Positions 9,362-19,304 of a DNA stretch of 64,000 nucleotides are shown one piece after another (position 1 is the first letter of the stretch; the number at the start of each line of letters is the position of its first letter). Where the stretch lies: contig MHLP01000007.1 in the NCBI GenBank assembly GCA_001821435.1, positions 1,620 through 65,619 on the forward strand, written 5' to 3'. A program made the translations under genes and the position numbers. The notes under the pieces were generated by a model. It was not told the origin of the DNA. It saw only the letters and a program-made list of their open reading frames with translations, and ran no database searches. The DNA comes from Candidatus Lloydbacteria bacterium RIFCSPLOWO2_01_FULL_50_20. GTDB taxonomy: Bacteria > Patescibacteriota > Minisyncoccia > Phycocordibacterales > UBA6899.

Positions 9362-9737
9362 CGAATAAATTATAGCATGCAGGTTTGCCTATCTTTTTAT
9401 GGAGAATGCGCAGGAGAAAGAGTGATAAATTTCCCTGAAGACTTTCTTTGCATGCTCGCATTACGTCGGGATATTTCTCAAGGACAACATTAAGGACATT
9501 TCATAATGTCCTTAATGTTCAGAATTTTTTCATTACCACATAATACCCATTTTTATATTTGAAATATTTTATCTTTGAGAGAATTTTTTTCACGGGTATT
9601 CATTATCACCTCATCACACTCTTTTATAATGAGCGTGCGCAAAAAAAAGATCACCATTCTTATTTTTTTAGGATATCTTTGCGGCCGTTTTTAAATTCCT
9701 TATATTTTTCTTTTGTTGCGGATTACACGCATTTCAC

Positions 9738-10616
9738 TTGGAATTTTTAACGAAAAATTTCCCTAAACTTATGATCATAAATTCACCCATACGAAATGTG
9801 GGCTACAAACGAAAATTGCCTTTTTTTATTCTCGCATGTTTTGCTGTTTTGTCGGGATTCATCTCCGCCCACTTTCTATTCACGGTTGAAGCAACCACCA
9901 GTTTTCCCATAAACAGTTCGTTTGAAAATACCGCTTCTTTGGAAGATGATGCGATAGGAGGGGTTAATGATATTGTCCTTGAGACAGAAGGGGATAACTC
10001 TGTGGATAACTTGGGCATTAATGAGTCTTTTTGTCGGCAGGCGTGACTACCGAAGCGGTCTCTCAGCAACGATATTCTCTCTCAAGGACAAAGCCGCAAA
10101 ATTTATCACAAAAAATGGAGAACCAGGAGGAGAAACAGGAACCGGCTGGCACGGAGAAACTTTTTGCAGCAGAGCCGGTAACTACCGATTCGCTTGATCT
10201 TTTTACTCTTATCAATAATTCAACGACGACGATCATCGGGAACATTCAAAGCGGCGATATGACCGGAACAGGAACGAAACTCTTGAATTTGCTTGCCACC
10301 CCCTCCGATCATTGGAGAGGCTGCCCCCTTAGACGACACGATGGGGAAGAATGTTTCCGCTTCTTTTCTCGAGTCCGACCATCCGACTGCTGTCACTTTT
10401 ACCGCAAAAGTAAAAGAAGGGCTCAGTATGCTCGGTTCCGCAGTAAACCCGCGAAGACTTTCCTCTCTCGACGGGTGGGTCATCTACATTATCTTTCGGG
10501 TAGTCCTTGCCGTAGCTCTCGGACTGTTTCACAAACGTCGATGCAGCAATCTCACCGTCGAGGAAGAAGCAATCAGGGAACAAATAACCAAAACAAAGAG
10601 GTATCCACGAATATAA
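9738..10616 (+). pseudogene. Possible disrupted gene for a secreted/surface protein split over three frames (9738-10046, 10031-10663, 10293-10616)
   Basis: N-terminal signal/TM segment, then successive overlapping ORFs in different frames, the last with a C-terminal TM plus basic tail; none individually convincing. Confidence 0.25.
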
Positions 10617-10677
10617 AACATGCCGCCAGGAAAATATGCCCCACGCCCGCGAGAGATGGATAGACAGGCGGCGTGTT

Positions 10678-11886
10678 TCACTCCAGCCGCCAATTTCCGT
10701 CGGCACGGATGTCCGCGATGTCCGTCGTTCCGGAGCTATAGCGGAGCGCTCCTCCGACGGCGATCATGAGCGCGTTATCGGTGGAGAGCGCATGATCAGG
10801 AATATACAAAGAAATTCCCGGAAGTTTCTCGGCAACAGCTTCCGCGAGCATTTTTCGCAGACGTTTATTTGCGGAGACGCCTCCTCCGAGTACGATGGTC
10901 TTTGCGCCGGTCACTTCTGCCGCACGCACTGTTTTTGCGATAAGCACTTCAATGCATGCTTCCTCGAATTCCCGCGCGATGTCCGCCTTTTGCGTCTCGG
11001 CGAGCAGTCCGATCTTTTTTATAAGATACAGCACCGCAGTTTTGAGTCCCGCAAAAGAGAAATCATGATCACTGGACTGAAGCATCGGACGAGGGAGAGC
11101 AAACTTGCCGGGTGTTCCTGTCTCACCTAGGCGCGATATTTCGGGGCCTCCGGGGTAAGGAAGACCAAGCATGCGTGCCACCTTGTCGAAAGCTTCACCC
11201 ACCGCATCGTCCCGTGTTTCGCCGATCACTTCGTATGCACCCCAGTCATGCATAAGCACAAGCTCCGTATGTCCGCCGGAAACCAAGAGTCCGAGTAGGG
11301 GGAATGTTGCCGGCGCAAATTTATACCGGACATCTTCTCGCTCATTCCGCTTTTTTTCGCGCGAAGATGTCTCCGGAGCGATCCTCGTCAGAAGCGGTGA
11401 GAGTAGGTGACCCTCCATGTGGTTGACGGGTATAACGGGAATTTTCCATATTAATGACAGCGCTTTGGCGAAATTGAGACCAACCCAAAGCGCAGGCTCA
11501 AGTCCCGGTCCTCGGGTCACCGCTATCGCATCAAAGGGCGGACGGTCGACGTGCGGGATCTCCGTAATGAATTGTGCGAATAATTCCGGCTCATGATCGA
11601 GAATATCCCGGAAATCTTTTCTGAGCGGACTTTCGATGACATGCCGGCTTGTTTTTTTATAGAATCCCGCATCTTGTAATGTTTTGATGAACAGCGGAAC
11701 GAGCGAGCGTGCATGTTCCCGTTTTGCCAGCATAGGGAATACTCCGCCGTACTCTTTGTGTACGGCGATCTGCGAAAGCGTGTTATCGGCGAGGACGCGA
11801 AAAGTGACCGATGGAAGAGTGCCGTCAGTTTCAATGATGGAGAGCGCAGTCTCGTCGCAAGATGTCTCTATGCTCAATATGAACAT
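10678..11886 (-). CDS. tsaD: tRNA N6-adenosine threonylcarbamoyltransferase TsaD (Kae1/Gcp family), with an insertion
   Basis: N-terminal MFILSIETSCDETALSI signature; HxxH-type metal motif (NHMEGHLLS); 402 aa. Confidence 0.85.
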   Translation of the reverse strand: MFILSIETSCDETALSIIETDGTLPSVTFRVLADNTLSQIAVHKEYGGVFPMLAKREHARSLVPLFIKTLQDAGFYKKTSRHVIESPLRKDFRDILDHEPELFAQFITEIPHVDRPPFDAIAVTRGPGLEPALWVGLNFAKALSLIWKIPVIPVNHMEGHLLSPLLTRIAPETSSREKKRNEREDVRYKFAPATFPLLGLLVSGGHTELVLMHDWGAYEVIGETRDDAVGEAFDKVARMLGLPYPGGPEISRLGETGTPGKFALPRPMLQSSDHDFSFAGLKTAVLYLIKKIGLLAETQKADIAREFEEACIEVLIAKTVRAAEVTGAKTIVLGGGVSANKRLRKMLAEAVAEKLPGISLYIPDHALSTDNALMIAVGGALRYSSGTTDIADIRADGNWRLE

Positions 11887-12219
11887 GATCGCCGTCGGAG
11901 GAGCGCTCCGCTATTTCGGCAGTTACCATTAGAGCATAATTGCGAATAAATAGACAATTTACCGTGAAACACGCGAATGGAAACCAACGGTTCATTCAAT
12001 CATCATCTTCCTTGTGTTATAGTCTGAAAGTATTTGGCCGCTTAGACTGCAGATCGGGAATACGCATGAGAAAGAAAATCGTGTTTTCTTTCTCACCTGG
12101 AACGACGCCATCGCGTCCGGATACAGACCATGCAAAAAATGCAAACCTGTGCCATAGCTACGTTTGAACCGTAACTATTTCAGTTACGTTTTTATGCTTA
12201 AGTTTTGACTCGATGCGGC

Positions 12220-12305
12220 GGAGGAGGTGAGATTCGAACTCACGGTCCCCTTACGAGGACACTGCATTTCGAGTGCAGCGCACTAGACCACTATGCGACT
12301 CCTCC
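12220..12305 (-). tRNA. tRNA-Ser (anticodon CGA), class II long variable arm, no CCA encoded
   Basis: Reverse-complement fold: acceptor GGAGGAG/CTCCTCC, anticodon loop cuCGAaa, variable arm TCCTCGTAAGGGGACC, T-loop GTTCGAATC. Confidence 0.8.
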
Positions 12306-13193
12306 AAGAAAACGTTCCAAACGCTCGGAGTGTTTGAGATTACTCGTTCCAATTTCTTTGAAATATCTTACAATATTTTCTCTTTTCCGCAAATAGATCG
12401 ATCGATGTGTGCCAACTCCGCCAGTTGGATTATAATCTAGTGCCAGCAATATCTCGATGATATCTTTCCTTAGAGATTCGGAGGCACTGCTGAAGAGTAG
12501 TCCAATTCCTTGATAGCGTCGACCCTTTATTACACGAAAATCTTGGTACACCGATCCGTCCGTATCGAAAAGTCCCCGCAGAAAGCTTTTTTTGTAATTT
12601 TTATTTTGTGTTATCCACAGGGGAATATGCAGATTGCCAGCCAACTTATTTCCTTTGGGCATTCCCTTTTTGTGTAAAAAATTCACAAGATTTTTTGCGG
12701 TCACTACCACGGTAAGCGCATTCTGCCCCTTCTTTTTTCTGATGCGAGCGCGAAGACCAAAAAGGAGATAGATCATTTTTTGCACAAACTCCGCATGTTC
12801 ACTATCCGTTTTAGAATTAGTCGTTACACTCATCCAATATGTAGCGAGATGTCCATCGCCAATAAGGATGCCAAGGAATTCAGCGAGCAATCGTGAGTTT
12901 CTCGGGCGACGAATTTGAGTGAGCTGTTTGAATTGGGTTTTTCTTAAGTGATGAGTCCGTAGGGAATTTAATCCTCCCTTGCGCCGTCCTTCTTCTGTGC
13001 CAGGATTTCCATATAAACGAATGCGCGAATATCCACCCTCACTTGCAATATGCCTCAAGCGTGTTGCGCGAAATTCATTCATAAATTTCATGCTATATTT
13101 CGAGTAGCAATTTGTCAACCGGTCTACAGCAGGAAACTTGTTTTTTGTGCCGCATGATGTTAGTATCACAACCATCAGGCCCATCGTCTTCAT
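12291..13193 (-). CDS. Double-motif LAGLIDADG homing endonuclease (free-standing)
   Basis: Two LAGLIDADG motifs: LLAEFLGILIGDGHL and FLRGLFDTDGSVY; AT-rich; the stop codon overlaps the 5' end of tRNA-Ser and the start lies about 36 nt from tRNA-Glu. Confidence 0.8.
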   Translation of the reverse strand: MKTMGLMVVILTSCGTKNKFPAVDRLTNCYSKYSMKFMNEFRATRLRHIASEGGYSRIRLYGNPGTEEGRRKGGLNSLRTHHLRKTQFKQLTQIRRPRNSRLLAEFLGILIGDGHLATYWMSVTTNSKTDSEHAEFVQKMIYLLFGLRARIRKKKGQNALTVVVTAKNLVNFLHKKGMPKGNKLAGNLHIPLWITQNKNYKKSFLRGLFDTDGSVYQDFRVIKGRRYQGIGLLFSSASESLRKDIIEILLALDYNPTGGVGTHRSIYLRKRENIVRYFKEIGTSNLKHSERLERFLGGVA

Positions 13194-13228
13194 GGCGTAA
13201 ATGGAGGCTGAATGCCAGTTTTTAGACT

Positions 13229-13300
13229 GGCCCTATCGTCTAATGGTTAGGACGGCGCCCTTTCACGGCGTAAATCGGGGTTCGACTCCCCGTGGGGTCA
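13229..13300 (+). tRNA. tRNA-Glu (anticodon TTC)
   Basis: Acceptor GGCCCTA/TGGGGTC with two G-U pairs, anticodon loop cuUUCac, T-loop GGTTCGACTCC; resembles E. coli tRNA-Glu. Confidence 0.75.
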
Positions 13301-13348
13301 CCTAAAGCAACAAAACGGCTCGCAAGAGCCTGGAATCCGTTTCTACAT

Positions 13349-14962
13349 TTATATTCCTGTTTTTTCAGACAGTCTAAGTTCGGAAAAGATTATTCGAGCG
13401 ATCCGATCTTTTTCCAGACCATTTGCCGAACGGTAATATGTAGCACCGGTTTTCAGCAGTTCGGAAAGTTTTACGACATCCTTGATCGTCTCGCTCATTG
13501 AACCGTCAGACGCCTCCTCAGCGGCACGTAACCCCTCGAGCTCAAGACTAATACGCGCCTCTTCGGCCACGATTGCCTCCGCACTATAGGCACCCGTGCG
13601 TAGGAGCAGAAGCCTGTTTGCGGTCAGATATGCGAGGTCCTCGCGGAGTTTTTTCTCAAGACGCTCTGCGTTATCGAGGTCGTTGAGCCGCTTCGTTTCC
13701 AAGACGGCGATGCCCGTGCTCGCGCGTGTCTCTATATATTCGAGCTCCGCATCGGTAAAAGACAGCGCATCTATAAGAGTACCGATCTTTTCGCCGATGA
13801 ATGCGAGGGTGAAGCTCTTGGTCGAATTCGAGCATCCCGGTGCGCATCGCGCCCCGTAGTAAATCATTCCTTTCTGCTCATAGGGGGTGTAGACACGTCC
13901 GCAAAGTACACAGCGAATCATTCCTCGCAATGGATGTTCGAGAACTTCGGCGTAGTGGGCGCTGATCTTCTTGCGTCGCAGCTGTAGCTGGACTCTGCCG
14001 AACACTTCATCAGTGACAAGAGCCTCATGGCTGATGCTTTGCAGCAGAACGCCATCATTCCCAGGCACCTTGCCCGCATAGAATGGGTTGGTCAGGATCT
14101 TATGGATCGAGTTGAAGGTAGGAATCCGCGGCACGGGGTCGATCTTGAGCCGGATATCGTCCTCTTCCTCAGCGAGGATCTCCTCATCGGTTCGCCGCCG
14201 ACGCATCGGCGGCATCGTCAACCCCCGTGCAATCGCCCTTCGCGCCAAGTCGGCTAAGGTCCACTGTCCTGTTGCGGCGAGTTCAAAGAGCTCTTTAATG
14301 ATCGGCGCGCGTACGGGGTCAATGGGTTTGTGCGCCATGTCGCCCGTGTTGAGATATCCGACCGGTGCGCGATGTGTGCAGATACCTCGTGCACGATTGC
14401 TGCGCATCGTTAGGGTAACCTTCTCGCGCGTGACCCGCGAGTGGTGCTCGGCAAACATACCATCGATATCCATATGCAGCTCGCCCGCGCTCGTCTTGTC
14501 GTAGTGCGCAAGCGTGAAGCGGATATCGATGCCGGCCTTCATAAGCTTGCGGAGTATTGTGTCGTCTCCTTTGTTTCTGCTCGCCCGATCCCAGCAGAGG
14601 AAAATGACACCCTTGAAATAGCCTTTGCTCAGCAACTGCACAAGTCGGTGGAACTTCGGCCGCTCCACCCGATAACGTACGGTATTGTTGTAGCCGAACG
14701 TGAGTCTGAGGTCTTCCTTGAAACCCGAATGTCTTTCCGAAATGATCCCGTCGGTCGCGAAGCTCTGGAGCGTGATCGGCGCGATCGCAAGGTGCTCGCG
14801 GTATGCAAAGCGGGCATTCTCGGACTTCTGATATTTGATCGAATTCTTCTGGTTGGCTGTGTCGTCCGTGCTCTTGCGGTTGTATATGAGAAAGTTGTTG
14901 CGGTACTTGCCGCTCTGGATCTCTTTCAGTACCTGCTTTTCATGTTCTGCACTCCTCGTCAT
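13349..14962 (-). CDS. Large serine recombinase/integrase (resolvase catalytic domain, recombinase domain, zinc ribbon, coiled-coil)
   Basis: N-terminal catalytic region YNRKSTDD (Ser nucleophile); zinc-ribbon CVLCGRVYTP...CAPGC; 537 aa; 3' end lies 48 nt from tRNA-Glu. Confidence 0.8.
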   Translation of the reverse strand: MTRSAEHEKQVLKEIQSGKYRNNFLIYNRKSTDDTANQKNSIKYQKSENARFAYREHLAIAPITLQSFATDGIISERHSGFKEDLRLTFGYNNTVRYRVERPKFHRLVQLLSKGYFKGVIFLCWDRASRNKGDDTILRKLMKAGIDIRFTLAHYDKTSAGELHMDIDGMFAEHHSRVTREKVTLTMRSNRARGICTHRAPVGYLNTGDMAHKPIDPVRAPIIKELFELAATGQWTLADLARRAIARGLTMPPMRRRRTDEEILAEEEDDIRLKIDPVPRIPTFNSIHKILTNPFYAGKVPGNDGVLLQSISHEALVTDEVFGRVQLQLRRKKISAHYAEVLEHPLRGMIRCVLCGRVYTPYEQKGMIYYGARCAPGCSNSTKSFTLAFIGEKIGTLIDALSFTDAELEYIETRASTGIAVLETKRLNDLDNAERLEKKLREDLAYLTANRLLLLRTGAYSAEAIVAEEARISLELEGLRAAEEASDGSMSETIKDVVKLSELLKTGATYYRSANGLEKDRIARIIFSELRLSEKTGI

Positions 14963-15104
14963 GCTCGGTTGTCGGTTTTATGATCTCGCCATTGATAATC
15001 GTGTATCCCTCCGATAACAGACGGTCGTGTACGCTGCGGAGCGCTTCGCCCAACTCAACGAGCGATGCGATGGTGTCATCGCTAAACGTCTGTTCCTCGG
15101 GACA

Positions 15105-15165
15105 CAAAGAGGGGCAACGAGAAGAGTCAGTGTTGCTACACAAAGACCCTCGTTGCCCCTCTTTG
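15105..15165. repeat. Perfect 17-bp inverted repeat (caaagaggggcaacgag / ctcgttgcccctctttg) with a 27-nt spacer, 140 nt upstream of the recombinase start
   Basis: Read directly; the spacer contains a cacaaaga direct repeat; candidate recombination site or regulatory hairpin. Confidence 0.6.
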
Positions 15166-15475
15166 GGTACAAGCTTGTTCTGCTCTTTTTGATCTTCGTG
15201 TAGCTCCTTCATAGTACAAAATGTGTCGCGCCCCGCAAGTCACTCCCTGGGGATCGACCGTCAGCCCAGCGTAGTCAAAGGAGACCGGTAATCCAAAGAC
15301 GCTGAAACGTGACTGGCAAGTCGCTCGCCGCTTGTTGGCCCAGCTCCGTCCAGACTTCCGATGTCAAATGTTTCGGCCTTAGGACTCGAGTCGCGACACG
15401 CGTTGCGCATGTTGTGAAGTAGGTACACCAGGGCAATCGTTATACGATTAGGGGCATATTCATAACCCCTCTCGT

Positions 15476-18400
15476 ATGGAGGAACATCGAGGGCTCTTTT
15501 TATTTATCAGCACACAGCGGCGTCAGAGTGCGCATCTGGTCGCACTCATCGTGGTCAGCATAACTTTGCTCATTCCCACGATCGCGTTCGCAGCAAACAA
15601 CGACCCATTTCGCAGTGGTCGTGAAGCAGTCAACCCCAAGCAGTCGGCTGGTGTAGGTCAATCGACCGGTGCCATGACCTACAGCTACCCCCTCGTCATT
15701 CCTCCGGGGCGAAATGGCGTACAACCCAACCTCTCCCTTAACTATTCGAGCGATGACAAACGCCCAGACAGTATTTTTGGATACGGCTGGTCGATGACGC
15801 TTCCATATATAGAACGTGTCAACAAACTGGGAACCAATAATTTATATAACCAAGATACTGCACACACCTTCTTCACCTCGTCGATTTCAGGGGAATTATT
15901 GCCGGTGGTTAATTCCACACCGATTGGCGGAAGTTTTCTGGGGATGATCCTGGGCGCTTCACCACTTGCGCTTCTTGAAACCTCCGAAGAATCAAATACC
16001 ACCCAAACGCAGAGCGAGCCGACTGAACAAAGTGCCAGCCCAGCGCCTGATCCAACGATTGTGAGCGATGAGATTGCTCAGTCATTCCATACATTTGCCG
16101 ACACGTTCTCGACTGCTTTTGTCTATCACCCAAACGAAGAAGGAGAGTGGAACAGTGCTCGCGAGCGAGGTACTCATGATGCAAAATTAGGCATCCCAGG
16201 ATTTCCCGTGGCCGGCAAGTCTCTGTCGCTCGTAAGCGTAATACCCAACCCCCTCACCCCCGCCCTCGAAAACCTTCCGGCAACGGAACGCGCCACCCTC
16301 AAGGGCGAAGCCATCGCGCAAATAGGCAGCATCCCTAAGACGCTCCACGGTGATTATTGGATCGAGGTCACCGCCATGAACCCCATCGAGGGCGGCGTCG
16401 AATTGTTCGCCCGCGCCTGGGATACAAATGACGATCCGATCGGCTTCGGCCAAGACGGTACTGTCGAGACCGAACGGTTCCGCATCTTTAACCCTCCTAT
16501 CCTGGTTGACGATCCCAATGGAACTATCGTCCGCACTTGGACCGATGAAATAACCAACGAAGTAAAGACTCGCACATTGCGAGAAGACCCCGTTCAAGCG
16601 ATCACCGAAACGCTTTTACACACCATCAGTCTCGTCGGAAGAGAAGACACGCAAATAAACGCCGGAAGCGTCGGAAACACAACTGATATTTTTTATCCCA
16701 GTACCGACGGTCGTGCGTACCGCATCCCCGCATCTGAAACATTTGCCACGATTCGCGCGGGTGCGGGTCAAGGTTCTCCCACTGGAGAGACGTCTGCTGC
16801 CGCCGTGACGCTTCAAGCATCGGGAACCAGTAATCAGTACAACGTGCTCACTCGCGGATTCTTTCTGTTTGACACATCTCCAATAGGCACTGACAGCATT
16901 TCATCTTCCACGCTCTCTCTTGTGGCTTCCAATACTTCTTTCTTCGACGACTTCACCGATAGTGTGGGAGTGGTTGCCGCAACCACGGCGTCAGATAGTG
17001 ACGTCGCCAACTCTGACTTTGAAGGAACAGTGGGGAATACGACAAGGTGGGCAACCGACAGAACAATTGCCAGTCTTGCCCATGACGATGCGACCTATAA
17101 CAGTTGGACATTGAATGCGACGGGGATTGCCGGGATCAACAAGACAGGGATCACCAAGATCGGCCTCAAGTCCGCCCTTGACATTGATAACACCGCACCG
17201 ACATGGGGAAGCGAGCTTGCATCGAATGTCATATTCTATTTTGCAGACAATGAAGGAGCAGGAACAACCGCTGACCCAAAATTAGTTGTTGTGCATTCCG
17301 CAGTTCCACAGGGCCCCACTAGCCTTCTGCTTGACGATCTGACCAATCCCTCGAATATCGCCACGAGCTCCCCGTACTTCTCGGCGATCCACGCGAACGC
17401 TTCCACCACCGCCTTAGCTACCAGCTACCAGATCCAAGTGGACACCGCCGGCACCTTCACCGCTCCCTATTGGGATTCCGGGAAGCGCACCCTCTCCTCC
17501 TCCACTCCGGCAGGCATGCGCTCACCAAACATCTACGCCACCAGCACCTTCGCACTCGATGGCACCACCTACTATTGGCGTCTCCGCTTTTACGATCAGA
17601 TGGGGGGAGTGGGGGACTATTCCACCGCGACGTCGACATTCAGGATGCGTTCGGCATCGACGGTGCTCCAAGACCTGAATTACACCTACGACGCGGTCGG
17701 GAACATCATCACCATCCAGGATTATTCCGGCAACAACGCTGCTGCCTCGACCACGTACACCTATGACAATCTCTATCGCTTAACGAGGGCGAGCAGCACG
17801 GATGCCGTCCTCACCAACTGGCTCCAGACGTATGCGTATGATGACCTCGGGAACATCACAAGCAAGAGCGATGTGGGGAGTTACACCTACGCGGGTACCG
17901 GCTGGGCCAATCCGCATGCGCCGACGACGGTGAATGGGGTGACGTATGGCTATGACGCAGCGGGGAATCTCACAAGTGCGGGAGCTGCCAGCTACTTCTG
18001 GAATTATCGCAACCGACTGACGGACACCAACGTCAATTCCACCACTACCCATTATCAATACGACCACCTTGATCAACGTGTTCAACAAGACGTGAAGATC
18101 GGAGCCTCCGCGACTTCAAGCACAATTTATTGGAGTAAACTTTTTGAGACCAAGGGGGCGACCACGACTTTGTATGTGTTTCTGCCCAATGGTGAACTCT
18201 TGGCGACGGTGGAGGGGAATGGGAGTGCGACCTCGACGTACATCGCACATACCGATCATCAGGGTTCGACTAATGTGATGAGTGATAAGAATGGAAATCT
18301 TGCACAACTTGCCACGTATTATCCGTTTGGGGGGAAGAGGAATAATGAACTTTCATCAAATGGGTTCCAAGAAAAGAGAGGATTCATAGGTCAATATGAA

Positions 18401-19255
18401 GATGCCGTCGTCCAACTCTCGTACCTAAATGCGAGATATTACGATATCACCCGAGGCCAATTTGCAAGTGAAGACCCACTAGTACAGAAGATCGGCCTTG
18501 ACCTCAAGGAAGTACAGCGGCTTCTTCTTGATCCACAGTTACAGAATTACTATTCTTATGCTCGCAATAATCCGATCAATTTAAGTGATCCGAGTGGAGA
18601 GGCAACCATCGGTCAGTTACTATCGCAGATCAGCGCGCTACTCACACAATTAAGTGCGGCTATAACGAAGCAATACTCTAGTACTGTGTCATCTGTTTCG
18701 AGCACCCTGCAAACAGTGAGTGCGGCAAGTACACAACAGGTATCGAAGGCAGTGAATACTGTTTACAACTTTCATGGTGGCGCAGGATTAACATTTGGCG
18801 GTGAGACTTCAGTTGGCGTACGGTCAGGAGGTGCTGGTGCTGGCGTCACTGCGCAACAATCCTACTCCTTTGGGGTTTTTAAGGACAAGGGATTCAAGTT
18901 CAGTATCGGCGGTTTTAAGAGTTACGGAAACGCATTTGCGGCAGGAGATACTGAAGTCACTTCTGCGGAATTGAATATGTGTCCTGTACTCACGGAACGA
19001 CCAGTTATATTTGGGCTTTCATACGGTGTTGGTGTCGGTGGCTTTGTTGCGCCTAACGCTGGCAGTGTTAATGATTTGTTGGGAACATCAAATTCAGTTT
19101 CTTATAATGCTCCATTTGGTAGCTTTCAATATTCCTTGGGAGAACAGCCGACGTATGCCTTGACCTACGGGCCACACCTATCAGGCGTAACCCCAGGCGC
19201 CTCGTACACTCAACTCCCTGTATCCAATGAACATTGGTTTAGTACTAGCCCTTAA
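15476..19255 (+). CDS. Secreted RHS/YD-repeat polymorphic toxin, 1259 aa: signal peptide, N-terminal and middle domains, a short YD-repeat block, an RHS repeat-associated core, and a Gly-rich C-terminal domain of unknown function
   Basis: YD repeats (YTYDAVGN, YAYDDLGN, YGYDAAGN); core ATYYPFGGKR and NARYYDITRGQFASEDP; canonical boundary YSYARNNPINLSDPSGE before the C-terminal domain (about aa 1046-1259). Confidence 0.8.
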   Translation: MEEHRGLFLFISTQRRQSAHLVALIVVSITLLIPTIAFAANNDPFRSGREAVNPKQSAGVGQSTGAMTYSYPLVIPPGRNGVQPNLSLNYSSDDKRPDSIFGYGWSMTLPYIERVNKLGTNNLYNQDTAHTFFTSSISGELLPVVNSTPIGGSFLGMILGASPLALLETSEESNTTQTQSEPTEQSASPAPDPTIVSDEIAQSFHTFADTFSTAFVYHPNEEGEWNSARERGTHDAKLGIPGFPVAGKSLSLVSVIPNPLTPALENLPATERATLKGEAIAQIGSIPKTLHGDYWIEVTAMNPIEGGVELFARAWDTNDDPIGFGQDGTVETERFRIFNPPILVDDPNGTIVRTWTDEITNEVKTRTLREDPVQAITETLLHTISLVGREDTQINAGSVGNTTDIFYPSTDGRAYRIPASETFATIRAGAGQGSPTGETSAAAVTLQASGTSNQYNVLTRGFFLFDTSPIGTDSISSSTLSLVASNTSFFDDFTDSVGVVAATTASDSDVANSDFEGTVGNTTRWATDRTIASLAHDDATYNSWTLNATGIAGINKTGITKIGLKSALDIDNTAPTWGSELASNVIFYFADNEGAGTTADPKLVVVHSAVPQGPTSLLLDDLTNPSNIATSSPYFSAIHANASTTALATSYQIQVDTAGTFTAPYWDSGKRTLSSSTPAGMRSPNIYATSTFALDGTTYYWRLRFYDQMGGVGDYSTATSTFRMRSASTVLQDLNYTYDAVGNIITIQDYSGNNAAASTTYTYDNLYRLTRASSTDAVLTNWLQTYAYDDLGNITSKSDVGSYTYAGTGWANPHAPTTVNGVTYGYDAAGNLTSAGAASYFWNYRNRLTDTNVNSTTTHYQYDHLDQRVQQDVKIGASATSSTIYWSKLFETKGATTTLYVFLPNGELLATVEGNGSATSTYIAHTDHQGSTNVMSDKNGNLAQLATYYPFGGKRNNELSSNGFQEKRGFIGQYEDAVVQLSYLNARYYDITRGQFASEDPLVQKIGLDLKEVQRLLLDPQLQNYYSYARNNPINLSDPSGEATIGQLLSQISALLTQLSAAITKQYSSTVSSVSSTLQTVSAASTQQVSKAVNTVYNFHGGAGLTFGGETSVGVRSGGAGAGVTAQQSYSFGVFKDKGFKFSIGGFKSYGNAFAAGDTEVTSAELNMCPVLTERPVIFGLSYGVGVGGFVAPNAGSVNDLLGTSNSVSYNAPFGSFQYSLGEQPTYALTYGPHLSGVTPGASYTQLPVSNEHWFSTSP

Positions 19256-19304
19256 ATATCAAGGGAGATAAAAACTTTATTCATTTAATTCTGAACTGAA
19301 AAAC

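Noticed and set aside
15500-18307. Multiple 60-136-aa ORFs inside and opposite the RHS gene
   Set aside because: Shadow ORFs of a long GC-rich coding region; the RHS frame is continuous and motif-supported.
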